DNA of 64,000 nucleotides from Octopus bimaculoides (taxonomy: Eukaryota), in assembly GCF_001194135.2 (NCBI RefSeq), contig NC_068995.1, positions 54,527,544 through 54,591,543 of the forward strand, in the 5' to 3' direction. Shown here in pieces: positions 12,423 through 26,530 of this stretch. The notes beneath the pieces were generated by a model. It had not been told where the DNA came from. It made no database searches and worked only from the letters and a program-made list of their open reading frames with translations. The stretch's first letter is position 1, and each line of letters opens with the position of its first letter. A program made the position numbers and the translations under genes.

Positions 12423-12462
<40 letters not shown>
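12411..12462. repeat. (AAT)n microsatellite
   Basis: Direct reading. Confidence 0.97.
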
Positions 12463-12463
<1 letters not shown>

Positions 12464-12733
12464 GAGTATTTTATAAGATTAAAGCTTATAAGTCATCACC
12501 GCGCAATGCCTAAAGAAAATTGTCTAACAATGAGGCATATAAGACTTCGACAGAAAAAAGTAAGTATTCCCGTACGCGTGGGACTCGAACTCACACATTG
12601 CTCTCTTTCCATATATNNNNNNNNNNNNNNNNNNNNNNNNNNNNNNNNNNNNNNNNNNNNNNNNNNNNNNNNNNNNNNNNNNNNNNNNNNNNNNNNNNNN
12701 NNNNNNNNNNNNNNNNNNNNNNNNNNNNNNNNN

Positions 12734-12822
<89 letters not shown>

Positions 12823-13394
12823 ATATAAATTTAAGTACTAGGTAATTTATACAGTGTGCGGTATATAGCCTCATTACAGAAAATATTGTTTTTCTTGAGT
12901 TTACAAAGAAACTATCCAATGTTGTGGTATAAATCCAATAGTACTTTGCAAATGCAGTGTAGAACCACGTAGGCAAATTGAATTCAATGCCTTTTACCTT
13001 CTTTCTGATAGAACATGACTTCTTCCCTCCTATCCGGTTAAGAAACTATTACAAATCACTACCGTGACATATGACATGACAATGATATATGACATTGTGA
13101 ACTTACACGTTTTAATCTACTTTGCATTGTAATGAAATGCACATGTTACACCGGGCGTGTCTACACTGTATAACATATCCTTTTTCCGAATGTTTACAGA
13201 GCATCAAATAACACTTACAGAGCCAGAATTATTTGTAATCAAGTGTGTTGCTTGAAATACATTAAAATGCTTAACAGGCTTCAAAAAATGATTATTTTGA
13301 CACACGTAAGAGCTAAGATTTATCTCAACTATAGAATACATAGAATCAAAATATTGGTTCGTAATTTAATCATCACAAGTGAAGCAAAATTTCA

Positions 13395-13556
13395 GTAGAG
13401 GGGTTAATCGATATCATTCGTAACTAATACGTATCTGATACCGTTACTTGAAGGGCTATCGGTCAAATTCAACTCAGCGGGATTTGAACTCAAATCGTAA
13501 ATAACCAAATGAAAGGCGACAACGTGGTAGTCCTTATACTCAACGATTCTCCTAGC
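13395..13556 (-). mobile_element. Degenerate SINE copy
   Basis: GGGATTTGAACTCA and AACGATTCTCCTAGC are reverse complements of the B-box and head seen in the 2.8-3.5 kb copies. Confidence 0.55.
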
Positions 13557-15123
13557 ATGTCAGGTTATTTGGAATGTGATTGATCTGAGATAGTGCTGAA
13601 AATATAATTAAATCATGGAAGAGACAATATTTTGATATTAAACTAACAAATTCGAGGAGAGAACACATCAATTTTGATGTCAGTTATAATATTGAGAATG
13701 CTATAATTTGTAATTGTTTCTACTTGGTATAAACTGTACTTGTCGATTTAAATGTAATATAAGTCTGTTATTTCTTTTGCAATAATTTCACCTATATGTT
13801 TCTGAGTCGTGGTCATTGCGAAATGTTCTCCTTTGCAAAATAAATGAACTTTTCTTAGATATTATCGAAGCACCAATTCACACGTCAGAAACATAGGTAT
13901 AAATATTCAATAGAGAAAGACATTTTTTATTAAGACTAAAACACTAAAAGCGATGTTGATTACTGAGAAGAAAACATAAGTCAATGTTTAGTGGATTAAC
14001 ATTAGAATATTCCGTAGATATGTTACACAATACTACTACAAAATGAAACTAATGTTTGTATATGATCATATACATTGTAAAGAATTATGTTAATTCTTAG
14101 ATTTTGTAATGAACATTTATGCAAAACCGACGGCATATACAACCCATCATATTTTAATTTGTTAAAACAAATTCTTACTTTTCTCCACAGTTTACCTCGT
14201 ATGAAACCTCCACAATTTACTTCGTATGAAAATAGTAAATATACTTTGGAAAGGCTGTCTATAAGTTGTATAAATTGTATATCGGATCTCTCTCCTTCAA
14301 AAGAAGCCATAAACTACTATTTCCGATAAGATACCACATCATGATATATCGATATCTACACACACACACACACACAAGCACTCATACAAGCAGAAATACA
14401 TACATATTTATATATAGATATAGGCATGTAAATAGACCTTCATTTATACATTCATATGTAGCCAAGCATAAATGTGTATATATATGTATGTGTGTGTGTG
14501 TGTGTGTGCGCGCGCGAGTGGTAAATGTTGTATAGTGTATATTTCATATAAAATGAGCATGAGTTGGACAAAAGATTGATATACAGTTACAGACAATGTA
14601 TTAAGATTTCAATGGTTTCGAAATGATAAAATTGGCGCATCATGCACAGAATTGTCACCTATATTCGGAAACAAATATTTGAAAGCTTGGAAAACTGCAT
14701 TCGGGTGACAATGAGTTACAGACATAAATTAATTCATACGACTTCAAATTTAATTATTGAGACTCTTACTAAACCTAATATGTGAATCATATATTCGCTA
14801 CTACATATATGCGTGTGTGTGCGAGTGTGTGTGCGTGCGTGTGTGCGTGTGTGTGTGTATTGTCCTGCTGAATAGCACCTCGTAATGTTCAGATACATCC
14901 ACATATGTTAGCGAAAACATGAAGCCATAGATATGTTAGTGGAATATTTCAATAATACAAATTGAAACACCAGATGGCTGGCCAGTTTTATTGCATTTAT
15001 TATGTGTGTGGTCTCTCGTATCGCTTTCTAAAATGTTGTTAATATTCCTGTTTACGAATTGGAATACAAGATCATTAATTAAATTGTCAAAAACGAAAGA
15101 GACCTAAACGAATATATGATTCA

Positions 15124-15166
<43 letters not shown>

Positions 15167-15484
15167 TACTATACATACATCATAATACTAGATGATGGAA
15201 TGAAAAATATCTAATGTAAATCACTACATTTGTTTCCGTGCAGTAGAGTCAGCTGTTAAGTGCTGAGTATTCCAGTTATGCATATTACTATATATATATG
15301 ATGATCCAGCAACAGGCGTGTTCCTGCATGTGATCAAGTGAATAGATGTGAGACATTGTAGAGAACGTAGTCAAGATTGTTCCTTACTATCGTCATTTTA
15401 TACCTTCTTTTGGTGGAGAGTGGAATAAAATGTATACTCTTGAATAACAAGTGTGTGTGTGCCAGTATATATATATATATATAA

Positions 15485-15515
<31 letters not shown>

Positions 15516-15765
15516 GGTGTGTGTGTGTTGTGGGGCGTAAATAACAACTATCAAATACGCCTTTAGACATTATCTAAAAACGATAGTATATTTTAAATAA
15601 CTCCTTCTATCATTTACGTAATTATTAAAAACTGTATGTGCATAATTCTATAGATATCACACAGATACTGCATCAGTCTCAAAATATCAGCTGACTCTAA
15701 AGTGGAGCAAGTCTATTTACGCTGTATATTATGATAAGAATATGATACACACATAGTAACAAAAA

Positions 15766-15808
15766 ATGGCAGAATCTTTAGCACGGCGGGCAAAATTCTT
15801 AGCGGCTA
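15766..15808 (+). mobile_element. SINE head fragment
   Basis: TGGCAGAATCTTTAGCACGGCGGGCAAAATTCTTAGCGG matches the head of copies 1, 2 and 4. Confidence 0.7.
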
Positions 15809-18800
15809 ACTTAAAAGAGAAAAGGTTTTATTTCTCAGGATGCAGCTCTATACAATGAGTCTATTCTCTGCGTATACAAAATTATCCATGCGTAGTTAAA
15901 TCAATATTTTGGATTTTCTACAGAACAATTTTGTATTTTTTTTCTCTGTAATTCATTACTTTAGTATGTTTTTGCATTATCGGAAATCGTATCGTACTAA
16001 TACCATATAGGATGGATTACCAATTTGTTATTTATGGTAACTCATCGTTTATTTAAATCTCCTTTTACAAAAGTTCTCAAATCTGGCATTGTTCAATAAA
16101 AACCTTCATGCTTTATATTTAGCACTGTCTGAATACCATCTTGTCCCATTTTCATTTAAATTTTTCTACCTGATCTTCAATATCAACGTACTATAATTAT
16201 TTTTTGTAATCTCTATATATTGCGTACATCCACTTCAAAACATACTTCCTTTGCGAATGATTATGAAAAATAATCACTTTTAGTGTATGTATTTTACTGT
16301 ACCACCAAGTAATTTTAAATCACGTAGCAAAGCATAGGTAGAGTGGTAACGTATTTGCTTGTTAAGTTATATATATATANNNNNNNNNNNNNNNNNNNNN
16401 NNNNNNNNNNNNNNNNNNNNNNNNNNNNNNNNNNNNNNNNNNNNNNNNNNNNNNNNNNNNNNNNNNNNNNNNNNNNNNNNNNNNNNNNNNNNNNNNNNNN
16501 NNNNNNNNNNNNNNNNNNNNNNNNNNNNNNNNNNNNNNNNNNNNNNNNNNNNNNNNNNNNNNNNNNTGTGTGTGTGTGTGTGTGTGTGTGTGCGCGTGTG
16601 TTTAGCAACAATGGAATATCCTTCAGTATCCTGTAACCCTAGGTGCCCATATGATTGTCCTCTGAACACTAGATGTTTAGAAAATTATCGAGTGTACAAG
16701 GCCAGCATCATGGAGTTGAACTGAGCAAGAAACGTATAATGGAAAAATTGGAAACACCAGTATGGAGACGTATACACTGCATTCCTAGACGAACAAAAGA
16801 GACACACGATATTTTCCAATGTTAGGGAGGCGTGAGTAACTCCGAAATAAACCGGAGCATCATGGTTAGAGCATGCAAATATAGAGGATAGTGGAGTAAA
16901 TGAGACCTCTGTATTGTGAAATATTTAAATATTATAACAACAACGAAGAACGTTTTGAGTATTATAGAGGAAAGATTCTCCCTTGTATCCACAAGAAAAC
17001 GTCATATTTCGAAATTCCGATTATGAGCCCTTCCCTCCGCTCTCTCTACCATACGGAATAAGTTTTGGGATATCAATTATAATAATTGTATGTTCTATAT
17101 GTGACTTATACATCTAGTAGTCTCCCTCACTAGACAAATATAATCGCTAATTATACACACCACATGAAAACCTGCGATGAAATGTAAATATTTAAAGATA
17201 CAAACCTCCCTATTTATATACATACACGCATACATACATACATACATACATACATACATACATACTCAGCTTTATTTCCGTAGATTTGTATAATGGATTT
17301 GCATTTTACATGTGCCCTACATTACATACCATTATAATTTTAGGAATTTTAAAGAGAAATCAATTTTATTATGAGCACGTTCTAGATTAATATTGTCGCT
17401 TACATGTTTATTCACACCTGACAGTCAACCCTCGTGCTACGCGTTCGAATACGCGCCAGTACGTTTTATTATCACTATTCATATGACTTTAAGAAAATTC
17501 ACGGAAATTATATATGTAGTGAAATATGGAACGGGAAATGTGTGCAATATGCTTGGATGCATGCATACACGTGTTAAAAGTATTGAAGTTACTCAGAAAT
17601 GTGAACCATATTTTATCTCAATTCGCCTGCCTTTCAGTCTAAGTTACATACATTTAAAATGATTTTAATTATTTCGCGATAAAATCGAACTTATAACTAG
17701 TACATGCGATGCTATGCATTTTACTCTTTGAACAGCAATCATTTCTATCTAAGATCACGAAGCCAATTTATAATTCTGTAATGATTCGAAACGACAGGAA
17801 ATCATACAGCTGACTGCAGCAAGTTATGGCTAATTGCACTATAATTTTAAATACTTTCATGCTAGCTCATGGCTGCTGAAAATATTTAAAGTAATATGCA
17901 TGCTTATTCAGAAAGCCTTTTAGATGAAATAAAGCCAGTTTTGATGGTAGTGCAATTGAATCATTTTATTGCGTTACATTGCATTTAAGTCTGGCCTTCA
18001 TGCCAAATGTCTCTCTAAATGAACAAAACCTATCAGACTTTATACAGAGGAATTAATAAACGCTTCAGCGAGCGTAAATACTGGTTAGGTTATTGGCATA
18101 TCACTATATTTTCTATCAGCGAAATGTACTCAAATAAATCATACTCCATGCCATCCTGCATACACGTTTATAGCTACGTTCAAAATATTATGCTCTGACT
18201 TAAGTATGTCACTGACTATGATGTTTTACACTTGTATTTATTTTATTTTTTATCGATAATTTAGATTTATATGTATCCAAGTGTTAATACAATTAAAATT
18301 AATGTATTTAACATATTAAAAGATAATTTTACATTAGCTTTAGTTTTCTATGTTTAAAATGTCTTCCTTTACAAATTGACATAAAATAGGTGAACTCATG
18401 ATAAATGAAACATAGGTAAAGAAGCCTCACGTAATTATCAGTTTCTTGTACCTTCATCTATTTTGCGAAATAGAATGGTAATAAAATTTAGATAGAATAC
18501 ATTCATAAATGGCTAAAGAAATATGAAGAAAATGTATATTTAAAATGTGAATAATAATACTGTATGAGGAAACAAATACGAATTCTAAATAAAGAAAATA
18601 TATAGTAATTGCTAGTCCTTGTAACTGATTTATTTATAAACGTTAAAATGCTTAGTGTATATGTACACATGTACACTTAAGGAGACTCTCTGGCAGAAAA
18701 AATGAACATATGGCCTAAGCCTGTCTCGTTGAGCGTTCATATATAAGATCGAACTTAGAGGCATTTAAAAATTTAATGTGAATGATAGAGGGAGATGTGC

Positions 18801-18869
18801 ATAATCAGTGATTGGCAGGCATGGTTTATTAAGAAGTATTTCATTGAATGACATCCCGCATTCTACACA

Positions 18870-19480
18870 AATCACAAAGTAGTAAGTCATTCTTGGTCAT
18901 CTCTCGCACTTCCTACCGTGTCGGTTGCTAAGCAGAAGGCACTGTTAATAGCATTCATTGGGTTGGTGTCGCAGTTGGTGACCAATCCAGCTCAGTCGGC
19001 GTTCCTTTATCCTTGCAGTCATTTACTTTTAGTGAACCCTTTGGTACAATGTATCATTGGAAACGTGGTCGTTATGGGCTATTTCAAATAATTTCCTCAT
19101 GTTTCTTGTGTGAAATTTGTTTATCGTGGCCCTTTGCCGATTTGAATTTATTAACTGTCTTGCATCCATAAATTAAGAAAATCGGAACTGTTGTACGTCT
19201 TTATTTTCGCTCTTGGGTTGATATCAGGCGAACAGGGTTAATGAAGCTGCGACATAGCTCTACATGCTACTTTCCTGTCTGTGATGACATTGCTTGAGTT
19301 GTGAGATATATCAATTACAGTGGATCCAAGGTAAGTGAATTTATCAATGCTGGATTGCTGCTTTCCGTTTGCCAAGACGCCAGGTGTTTCGTCTGTGTTA
19401 ATATTAATCGTGATGTACTCTATCTTCGATTCATTTAACCCGAAGCACTAACGAAACATTCTTGCTATAATTGAAATAGC
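18870..19480 (-). mobile_element. RTE-type LINE reverse transcriptase C-terminal remnant
   Basis: Minus-strand motifs in canonical order: GLNESKIEYI (cf. GLxINxxKTEYM), IDKFTYLGST at 19321-19348, AKIKTYN and a frameshifted IYGC (cf. KIxxYxxxVxxxLLYGCETW), IKERRLSWIGHQLR at about 18965-19010 (cf. RRLRWxGHVxR). Confidence 0.85.
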
Positions 19481-20769
19481 AGAAGCGCAGCAGACACCTT
19501 ATGATTGCAGTGAATTAAAGAATAGAGCATATATCTGACTATGTTTAGAAATATACACTAATAACATCATTAATTCCTGGAATGAACCGCATGGAGATAT
19601 AAACCCAATTTAAAGAATATCCCGTATTATTTTGCAAATATTTCAGGAACATAAGAAGTAAAGGAAAGAAAGAAGATGAGGAAATGTATGAAAAATGGTT
19701 AAATTAACAATAAATGAATAAAAGGAATCCTTCTGCAAGGCTCATCAATTGGATATGATAGATAAATACATCCAGATTAATTAATGAAATAATGGAAATA
19801 AATTAACAGAGTATGTGAATATTCTATTGGATGAAAATAACATAAAATCAGAATTTGGATTCTGGCGAATTATCTCTGTCTTAATAAATTTTATATCAAA
19901 TATGATGCATTGCAATAACCGAAATATATTCCATCTGGTACAAATTTGTATCACATGAATTTTAGACGTTATGAAGTTACATACAAATAGATGAGTGTGT
20001 GTGTGTGAGCGCGAGTGAGTGCGCGCGCGGTTCGTGTCATGCAGATAAATACGTCACTATATGTTTATAGTTAATGGATTACTAAATGATCATGAAGGCA
20101 TAGAAAGACTATGGTCGATTAAATGTGGAGAAAGGAATCTTTACTTTGTACCATCTACACGTTCTTAGCTTATGATTTTCTAAAACTACTCTAACATGGT
20201 CTTAAAAAATACACGGCTGCTATGATGAAATTCTACTTCATAAGAGATGTTCTGTATGGCAGTAAATATGACTCAAGAACGGTATAACAACCAATTTGTT
20301 TATCTATATTTTTATACTAATTATTTACATGTTCAGCTGAAGGTAAATTTCGAAGGATAAATGTCTAGTATCTAGTTTTTGCTCCATAAATGCCTGTGAT
20401 TTCTCAGTAAGTTAGACAATAGTTCAAATACAAATGAAATATTTTTATCAGCAAGATGTAAAGCATATCCCTATTTTTTTAATGATGGGAGAATTACACT
20501 ACTATCATATGATCCTTATTTGTTCTTGATCAACTTATGCCCATTAAATATTTTCATAATTTAGAAAGCACAAAATAGAACGTTATGGTATCGTATGATT
20601 TTGTGCACTATCTGCTCATGATAAGCCACCGTAACAAAATTATAGAATTTATCATTTCTAGTTTAAACATTAATTTTAGATTTAGACTGTGTACATGATA
20701 GATTAAATATGGTGGCTTTTACGTTATATTTCAAAATATGAGGAATTGTCTGTCTTACGGAATACACGT

Positions 20770-20885
20770 TGTGTTTTTCGTCTTTACTGTACGTGTTCAA
20801 TTTCCTCTGTGGTTAGACATTAAAGTCCCTCTGGAGATGATTACAGTTGACTATACATCACGGTCGATATAATCGATTTCATCCT
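20770..20885 (+). mobile_element. Very degenerate SINE copy
   Basis: TTCGTCTTTAC...GTGTTCAATTTCC...CGGTCGATATAATCGATT resembles the SINE core. Confidence 0.45.
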
Positions 20886-23800
20886 TCTTTATAAATATTG
20901 GTCTGATGCTTGCAGAATAAATCGATATTACTATTTACATTTCTAGTAATAATAACTGTATCATTACATTACTTCAACATATTTTGTACGTAATTAAGAG
21001 AAGTGACGTCAATCAGAATAGACGTCCGTAGTAAATTAATTAGTCTACTCAAATATCTGAGTACGCAGAATACATGCGTAAACACAGCGCATACATACAC
21101 ACACTTACATCATTACAGACACAGTCACTCCACTCCATGCCATGCACAACCTGCACAGCATACATGCGTACATACACGCTCAAACATAAGTCAATATGCG
21201 GACACACATGCACATATACGTTTTGACAATTTTAGCATGGTGGAAAGCACTCGTCCGAAAGGTACGAAATTTGAATTTCTGTGAATCTAGAAGTGATTAA
21301 CAATGCTTATTTTTATGTACGGTGCTTCCTATTTCTTTATAGATTCGTTTTTTTTATTTATAAAAAAAAAGCACACAAAACCCCCCACTTTTTTGATAAT
21401 ATTACTTTCAGATTTTACTATGCATTTTGGTACAAACAATAACGTAATAATGCTTAAAAATTGTTTATCTTTTGTTATCTGTTCAGAGATAGTGAAATAT
21501 GGCGAACAGTGATGGAGATTAAGAAAATCGAAGGAAAAAACGAAGAGTAATGCTGCATAATAGTATGGGAATTACTTCACGAATAGCTGCTAGATTTCCG
21601 AATGCGATACGGTTGTCTACAACTGGAGATAAGACCAAATGTTATTTTCTAAGTGAGCACAGAGAGGACGTTGTTGATGGAGAAAACTATGGGAGTGAGT
21701 TATATATAGGAAAATAAAGGAAGATTACGGTTTGAAGATAATCGGGTAATTTAGATAATCTAAAGTGATCTGTGTAGAAATTGGTCCTACCAGGTTAACG
21801 GGATAACAGCTCTCAGCCGCTGGGTTAATTCTAACTATTCACCAAATTGTTAATTTGTTTTTCTATACATTGCATACTTCCCGCGTGGGCACTATTTTAC
21901 AATCATCATCATCCTAGGTTGGTATATGCGCGCGCTTATGTGTGTAAATATGCTTCATTACTTTTGAACGCTAGAATACATCCATTTGGTTACCAACAAA
22001 TACATGTCTCCTTCATTGTAAACTTCGTAGCAACAGTGATATTTGCTACATGTTGATCTCTAGAAAATTTGCATATTCTTCCTATTCGATTTACAAATGG
22101 TAAATGTTAATTAACAAGTCTCTTTCGTGCGTAAATACCCGAGCATTTTTCAGAAGACATATCCAAGTGTCCCAATAACATTTTATACTGATAGAATTAT
22201 ATATTTTTGGTGTATGAACTGTAATTTGCTAAGTAGTTGTCCATATATGCATTTTCTGCTGATTCTGGATGAGATTATTAGATTTGTAGGGCATCTAAAT
22301 CCAGTGAATATGCACGATATACTTTCCTATCACAAACATCTATTTCAGGGATTATATATTATCATTTGGTGGCAGAATTGATGTCAAAGTTCCACAAATA
22401 TCAATTTATATACGTATTGAATAGCAAGTGTGTTGTTTATATTCAACTCAAAGAAATCGTTTCTGCGGATGGCATTGTACGTTGTTTTCGTAAATAAATC
22501 GTGTCTTAATGGGACTAGACTCACGATGAGATGTTTTCGGCAGCTGCTGAACGATCTTCTTAATTCACAAAACCATCCGCATGCAAGAATATTTTCTGCA
22601 GTTGATATCGTTTCTCTTACAAAGTTATTCTTGTATTTTGTGTCATCAGTAATCATTATGAAAATTAAGATACATGTACTTATTGACATTTTCATTATTG
22701 CTATTAATAATACTTTCATTATTATGACAGCATAGTTTTATTGAATAAATTAATTTTTGATTGTTTTCCTTTTGTACTTTTTATTTACTGAATGAGATAG
22801 ATTTTAAAAGCAGGTGATTTATATATTCTTCATAGAAGAAATCGTATTTGACATTAGCAGACTAAACAAAATCAAATCAAAAATAAAATTATATATTGCT
22901 TTGATGATAATTTTAAATAACCCATCATTCCTGTATATTTTTTACTTGTCACAATAATAATATTGTTTTAATGCCAAAGCCTATCACCCAGTTCTTTTTT
23001 CATAACAGATGGATCCGTCTCTACTCCTCTTTCACATTCTATTCTACTGCTGTATCTTCTCGCTTCGAAAGATAACTTTATCTTTCATTGATTGATGACA
23101 GCGTAACTTTACATTTCGAGCTATTTTGGATGTGCTTGTTGTTCGGGTTTTCATTGTTGAATTTAAAAAACTTTTGTTGTTATTGTTGTTGTTGTCCCTT
23201 TTCCTTACGTTTTTATTATTATTTTCAAATTCCTTCTTTCGTCTCATTTGATTAGACTTATTTCTATAAATTGCACATACTTACTTTCAATATATTTTTG
23301 TGAAGGTCGTTAATTCTCACTAGCCATGCGTAAAATATTCAAACGAATACGAAGCCCTTAAAACACTCAAGAATTTCCATTCGGAAAAGAAAAAAAATAA
23401 CAAGCAAACGTATCTAATCAGATAATACTTGATAAATTGTGCAGGAATGAGAAATAAATAAAACTAATAAAGGCAAAAGCAACAACCTTAAGAACATAAA
23501 CGTTCATTCCTGTAATACATTAAAAACAATGCATAAAGTGACGATTTATTTATATGCACGCACATACGAATACACATACATATACATACATATGTCGACA
23601 TATCGACGATAATGTATCCGTATAGTTATATTTTGTATGTGTATATGTGGGTGTGCGTGTGCAAGCATGGCAAACCGTTCGTGTGTATTAATGCACGTGT
23701 ATATAGTTGTTTGTAATTTTAGAAGTTGTGTGTAATATTAAAGCTGTTACTATGTAAGGTACAAATGACCCCATAAAAATACCAACCAGATTTTTTCGTA

Positions 23801-24036
23801 TTATATGTAATTCAAATTCACACTCGCCAATCAATATCTTGTTGAATACGCATATAAGCGCATCTGTAGTTGTAATTACTTCTTTCAGATAAGCAGTGAC
23901 TTCTACGATTGTATGTTCTATATATTTTATATTTTAATGAGTACAATGTATTACATTACAGATATCAACATGTTGTAAATTAGCAGGGATGCTATAGAAA
24001 TCAACCTTCTAAATACTACAAATGTAAGACTGCACT

Positions 24037-24067
<31 letters not shown>

Positions 24068-24919
24068 TCCGATGCCGCAAGTTGCTTCAATTATTTCTTG
24101 TTACTGGATAATTTTAGACTTGCATTCTGGAAACGATTTCTTGTAGTTGCATTTAACGTTTTTAGTAATAGCATAGGTAACATTAGGTGTCACATTGGCA
24201 CTGCGCCCCTTGAGAGGTGTTTTCGTATCATTAACATTGATCATAACATTGATAACAGAGTGCATAAAAATTCCTACTGAGAAAGTTAATTCTTTTATAT
24301 GTCACATGATATATAGTGTTAAGCTTGATCGAAATTTTAGACGCATAATATATTTGGCTAAATTTTCCGACACAAAGTTATTTATTTAATAATGCATAAC
24401 TTGATACAATAACATGATACATACTGATTTTAACCAATCACTTTAATTTAGACATTTTCCAATACTTTTGAAAAACAAACCAAAAACAAAGACACCACTG
24501 TTTAAAACACACAATTTGGAAGACAATTAGCGCGAATAACAGTTAAAATCTCAAAGGAAAAATCGCTTCACCTCTGTAAATAATTTGAAGCATGAATGTA
24601 AAAGAGACGTAAGATTTGATAGAAGAAATAGAGTTATTGAATATATTAAAGGAGGATGAATCAAAATTTCCATAAATATGTCAATTACAACGGATAAACT
24701 TAGCTCTTGAACTACCAAATGCCGTGGTTTAAAAGGTAATCTTTGACCCGTAACCAGTTTTATGCTTTGTATTTATTTAAAGTAAACTTTTCGAAGTGTA
24801 AAGACTATATGTATGATGTATACAAATATGAACGATTTAATTTACTTATATTGGTCTGAAAATCCTGCTACATCTAACATAATGAGTGACAAAGCATTCA
24901 CATGAAAACTAAAATTTCT

Positions 24920-25170
24920 TTCTGATTCAATAAGTTAAAGCCATTTTGAGGTTATAGGAGGAAGGCATAGACGTTTAGTATCTCATGTACCTGTTCTTCG
25001 GAAATATTGACAAAGAGATTCCGAAGTTCCACGTTAATTGAAATTAATAAAAGTAACTAAAACGTAAAATCAACTGCGTCGACACGAAAACGGAAACAGA
25101 CCAGCGGGTTCCATCACGTACTATTTGTATATCATTGATCAAGAATAAAAGAGCTAATGCTTTGTTTCTT
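24920..25170 (-). mobile_element. Possible ancient CR1/L2-like RT core remnant
   Basis: GFLRNKALALLFLINDI resembles GVPQGSVLGPLLFLIYINDL. The following TTCGTGTCGACGCA differs from FADDT codons by one deletion and two substitutions. NGFNLLNQKE downstream resembles NxLxLNxxK. Matched by eye only. Confidence 0.3.
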
Positions 25171-26095
25171 AGAAAACCAGCAATGACCAGGATTTTATGC
25201 ACGAATACCTTCATAGCATTGCTTTGGAATTTGACATCGGTCATTAAATATAACAAAACGAAATCTTAAGACTATAACAATGACTGATTCAGAATTTTGT
25301 CAATACCTAGGTTGACTCAACAGAAAGAAAAAAGAAAGAATTATAAAATTAAAAGCCATAGAATTCAGTAAAATTTTCCGTTTTTAAAGTATGTAACATT
25401 AAAAAAAAAGGATTACAACTTGTCGTCCCTGAGGATATTTTTTGAAGTCATATTATAGGAATTTCAAAATCAAATGTCAAATTTTGAAATTGGATTTCGC
25501 AGGTTTGGATACATGAGATGGAATATAGTCCCCACATATTCTGCCGAATGTGTACTGTTATGACTCAACAACTTTTATTACAGCAATATTCACACTCCCC
25601 ATCATTTCTAATTTCAGGATTGTTACATGTGTTATTTTTAATTCAGAAATAGAATGTTTTCTGGAAGGAGCTACGTAGAATTGTTCACGAATTTATACAT
25701 TGGCGCGTTTCCATCGAGACAATGCTATTTTAAATGACGGGAAATATGTATAACCGCACAAAAATCTTACCAATGGATCGAAATCAAGCATACAGTGTTT
25801 ATAAAAGAATATCATTTTGCTATGGTCAGATACTTTGCATCATCCTTCATAATATTTAATGCAGTGAACTGCATTCTCTTATTTACATATTACAGAGTAA
25901 TGTGCGTCCCAGAACGAAAAAACACAATACTGTTAAAGATACATAAAGATATATACACGTGTTCAAAATCTCTCCGCAGTGAATTTTTTCATTATGCGCA
26001 TCACAATGGACTTGAACAAATGCTGAATGACATAGATAGTGAGTACGCTGAATTAGAATAGTTATATAGAATAGCTTATGTGATATATTAATAGT

Positions 26096-26132
<37 letters not shown>

Positions 26133-26465
26133 CTAAGAATAGGTTTGATAATTTTTAACGAAATACATTTTTAAATATTACCAAATTGTTAACATAACAC
26201 ACATGGAAGGGAAATTGCGATGAAGAATGTATATAAAAGATATGCAATTTTGTATATCAGTCTATAACCATGCAGGAGTGGTATATTAGTGAAGTTGCAT
26301 CCCATTTATATGTGACGTTCTGTTGAGTTACTACGATGAGAAAATCTGATGGAGACGTCTCCTTAGATATAATATAAATCGATTTTAGGGGTACTATAAT
26401 ATGAGATACTAAAATACTAAATGCTAAAATACTCTGTCATGTCTTGCTTTATATTCTACAGGTGC

Positions 26466-26528
<63 letters not shown>
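26466..26528. repeat. (AAT)n microsatellite
   Basis: Direct reading; explains the poly-Ile ORFs at 26444..26731 and 26449..26706. Confidence 0.97.

Positions 26529-26530
<2 letters not shown>

Noticed and set aside
16611-16724. Cys-rich short frame MEYPSVSCNPRCPYDCPLNTRCLENY
   Set aside because: Only 37 codons, no signal peptide, no convincing splice sites and no known Cys spacing.
19328-19336. Consensus-like donor AAG|GTAAGT on plus
   Set aside because: It is the antisense of the FTYLG codons of the RTE remnant.
23044-23247. ORF MRRKKEFENNNK... with poly-Asn
   Set aside because: Low-complexity product of an (AAC)n and A-rich tract with no splice support.
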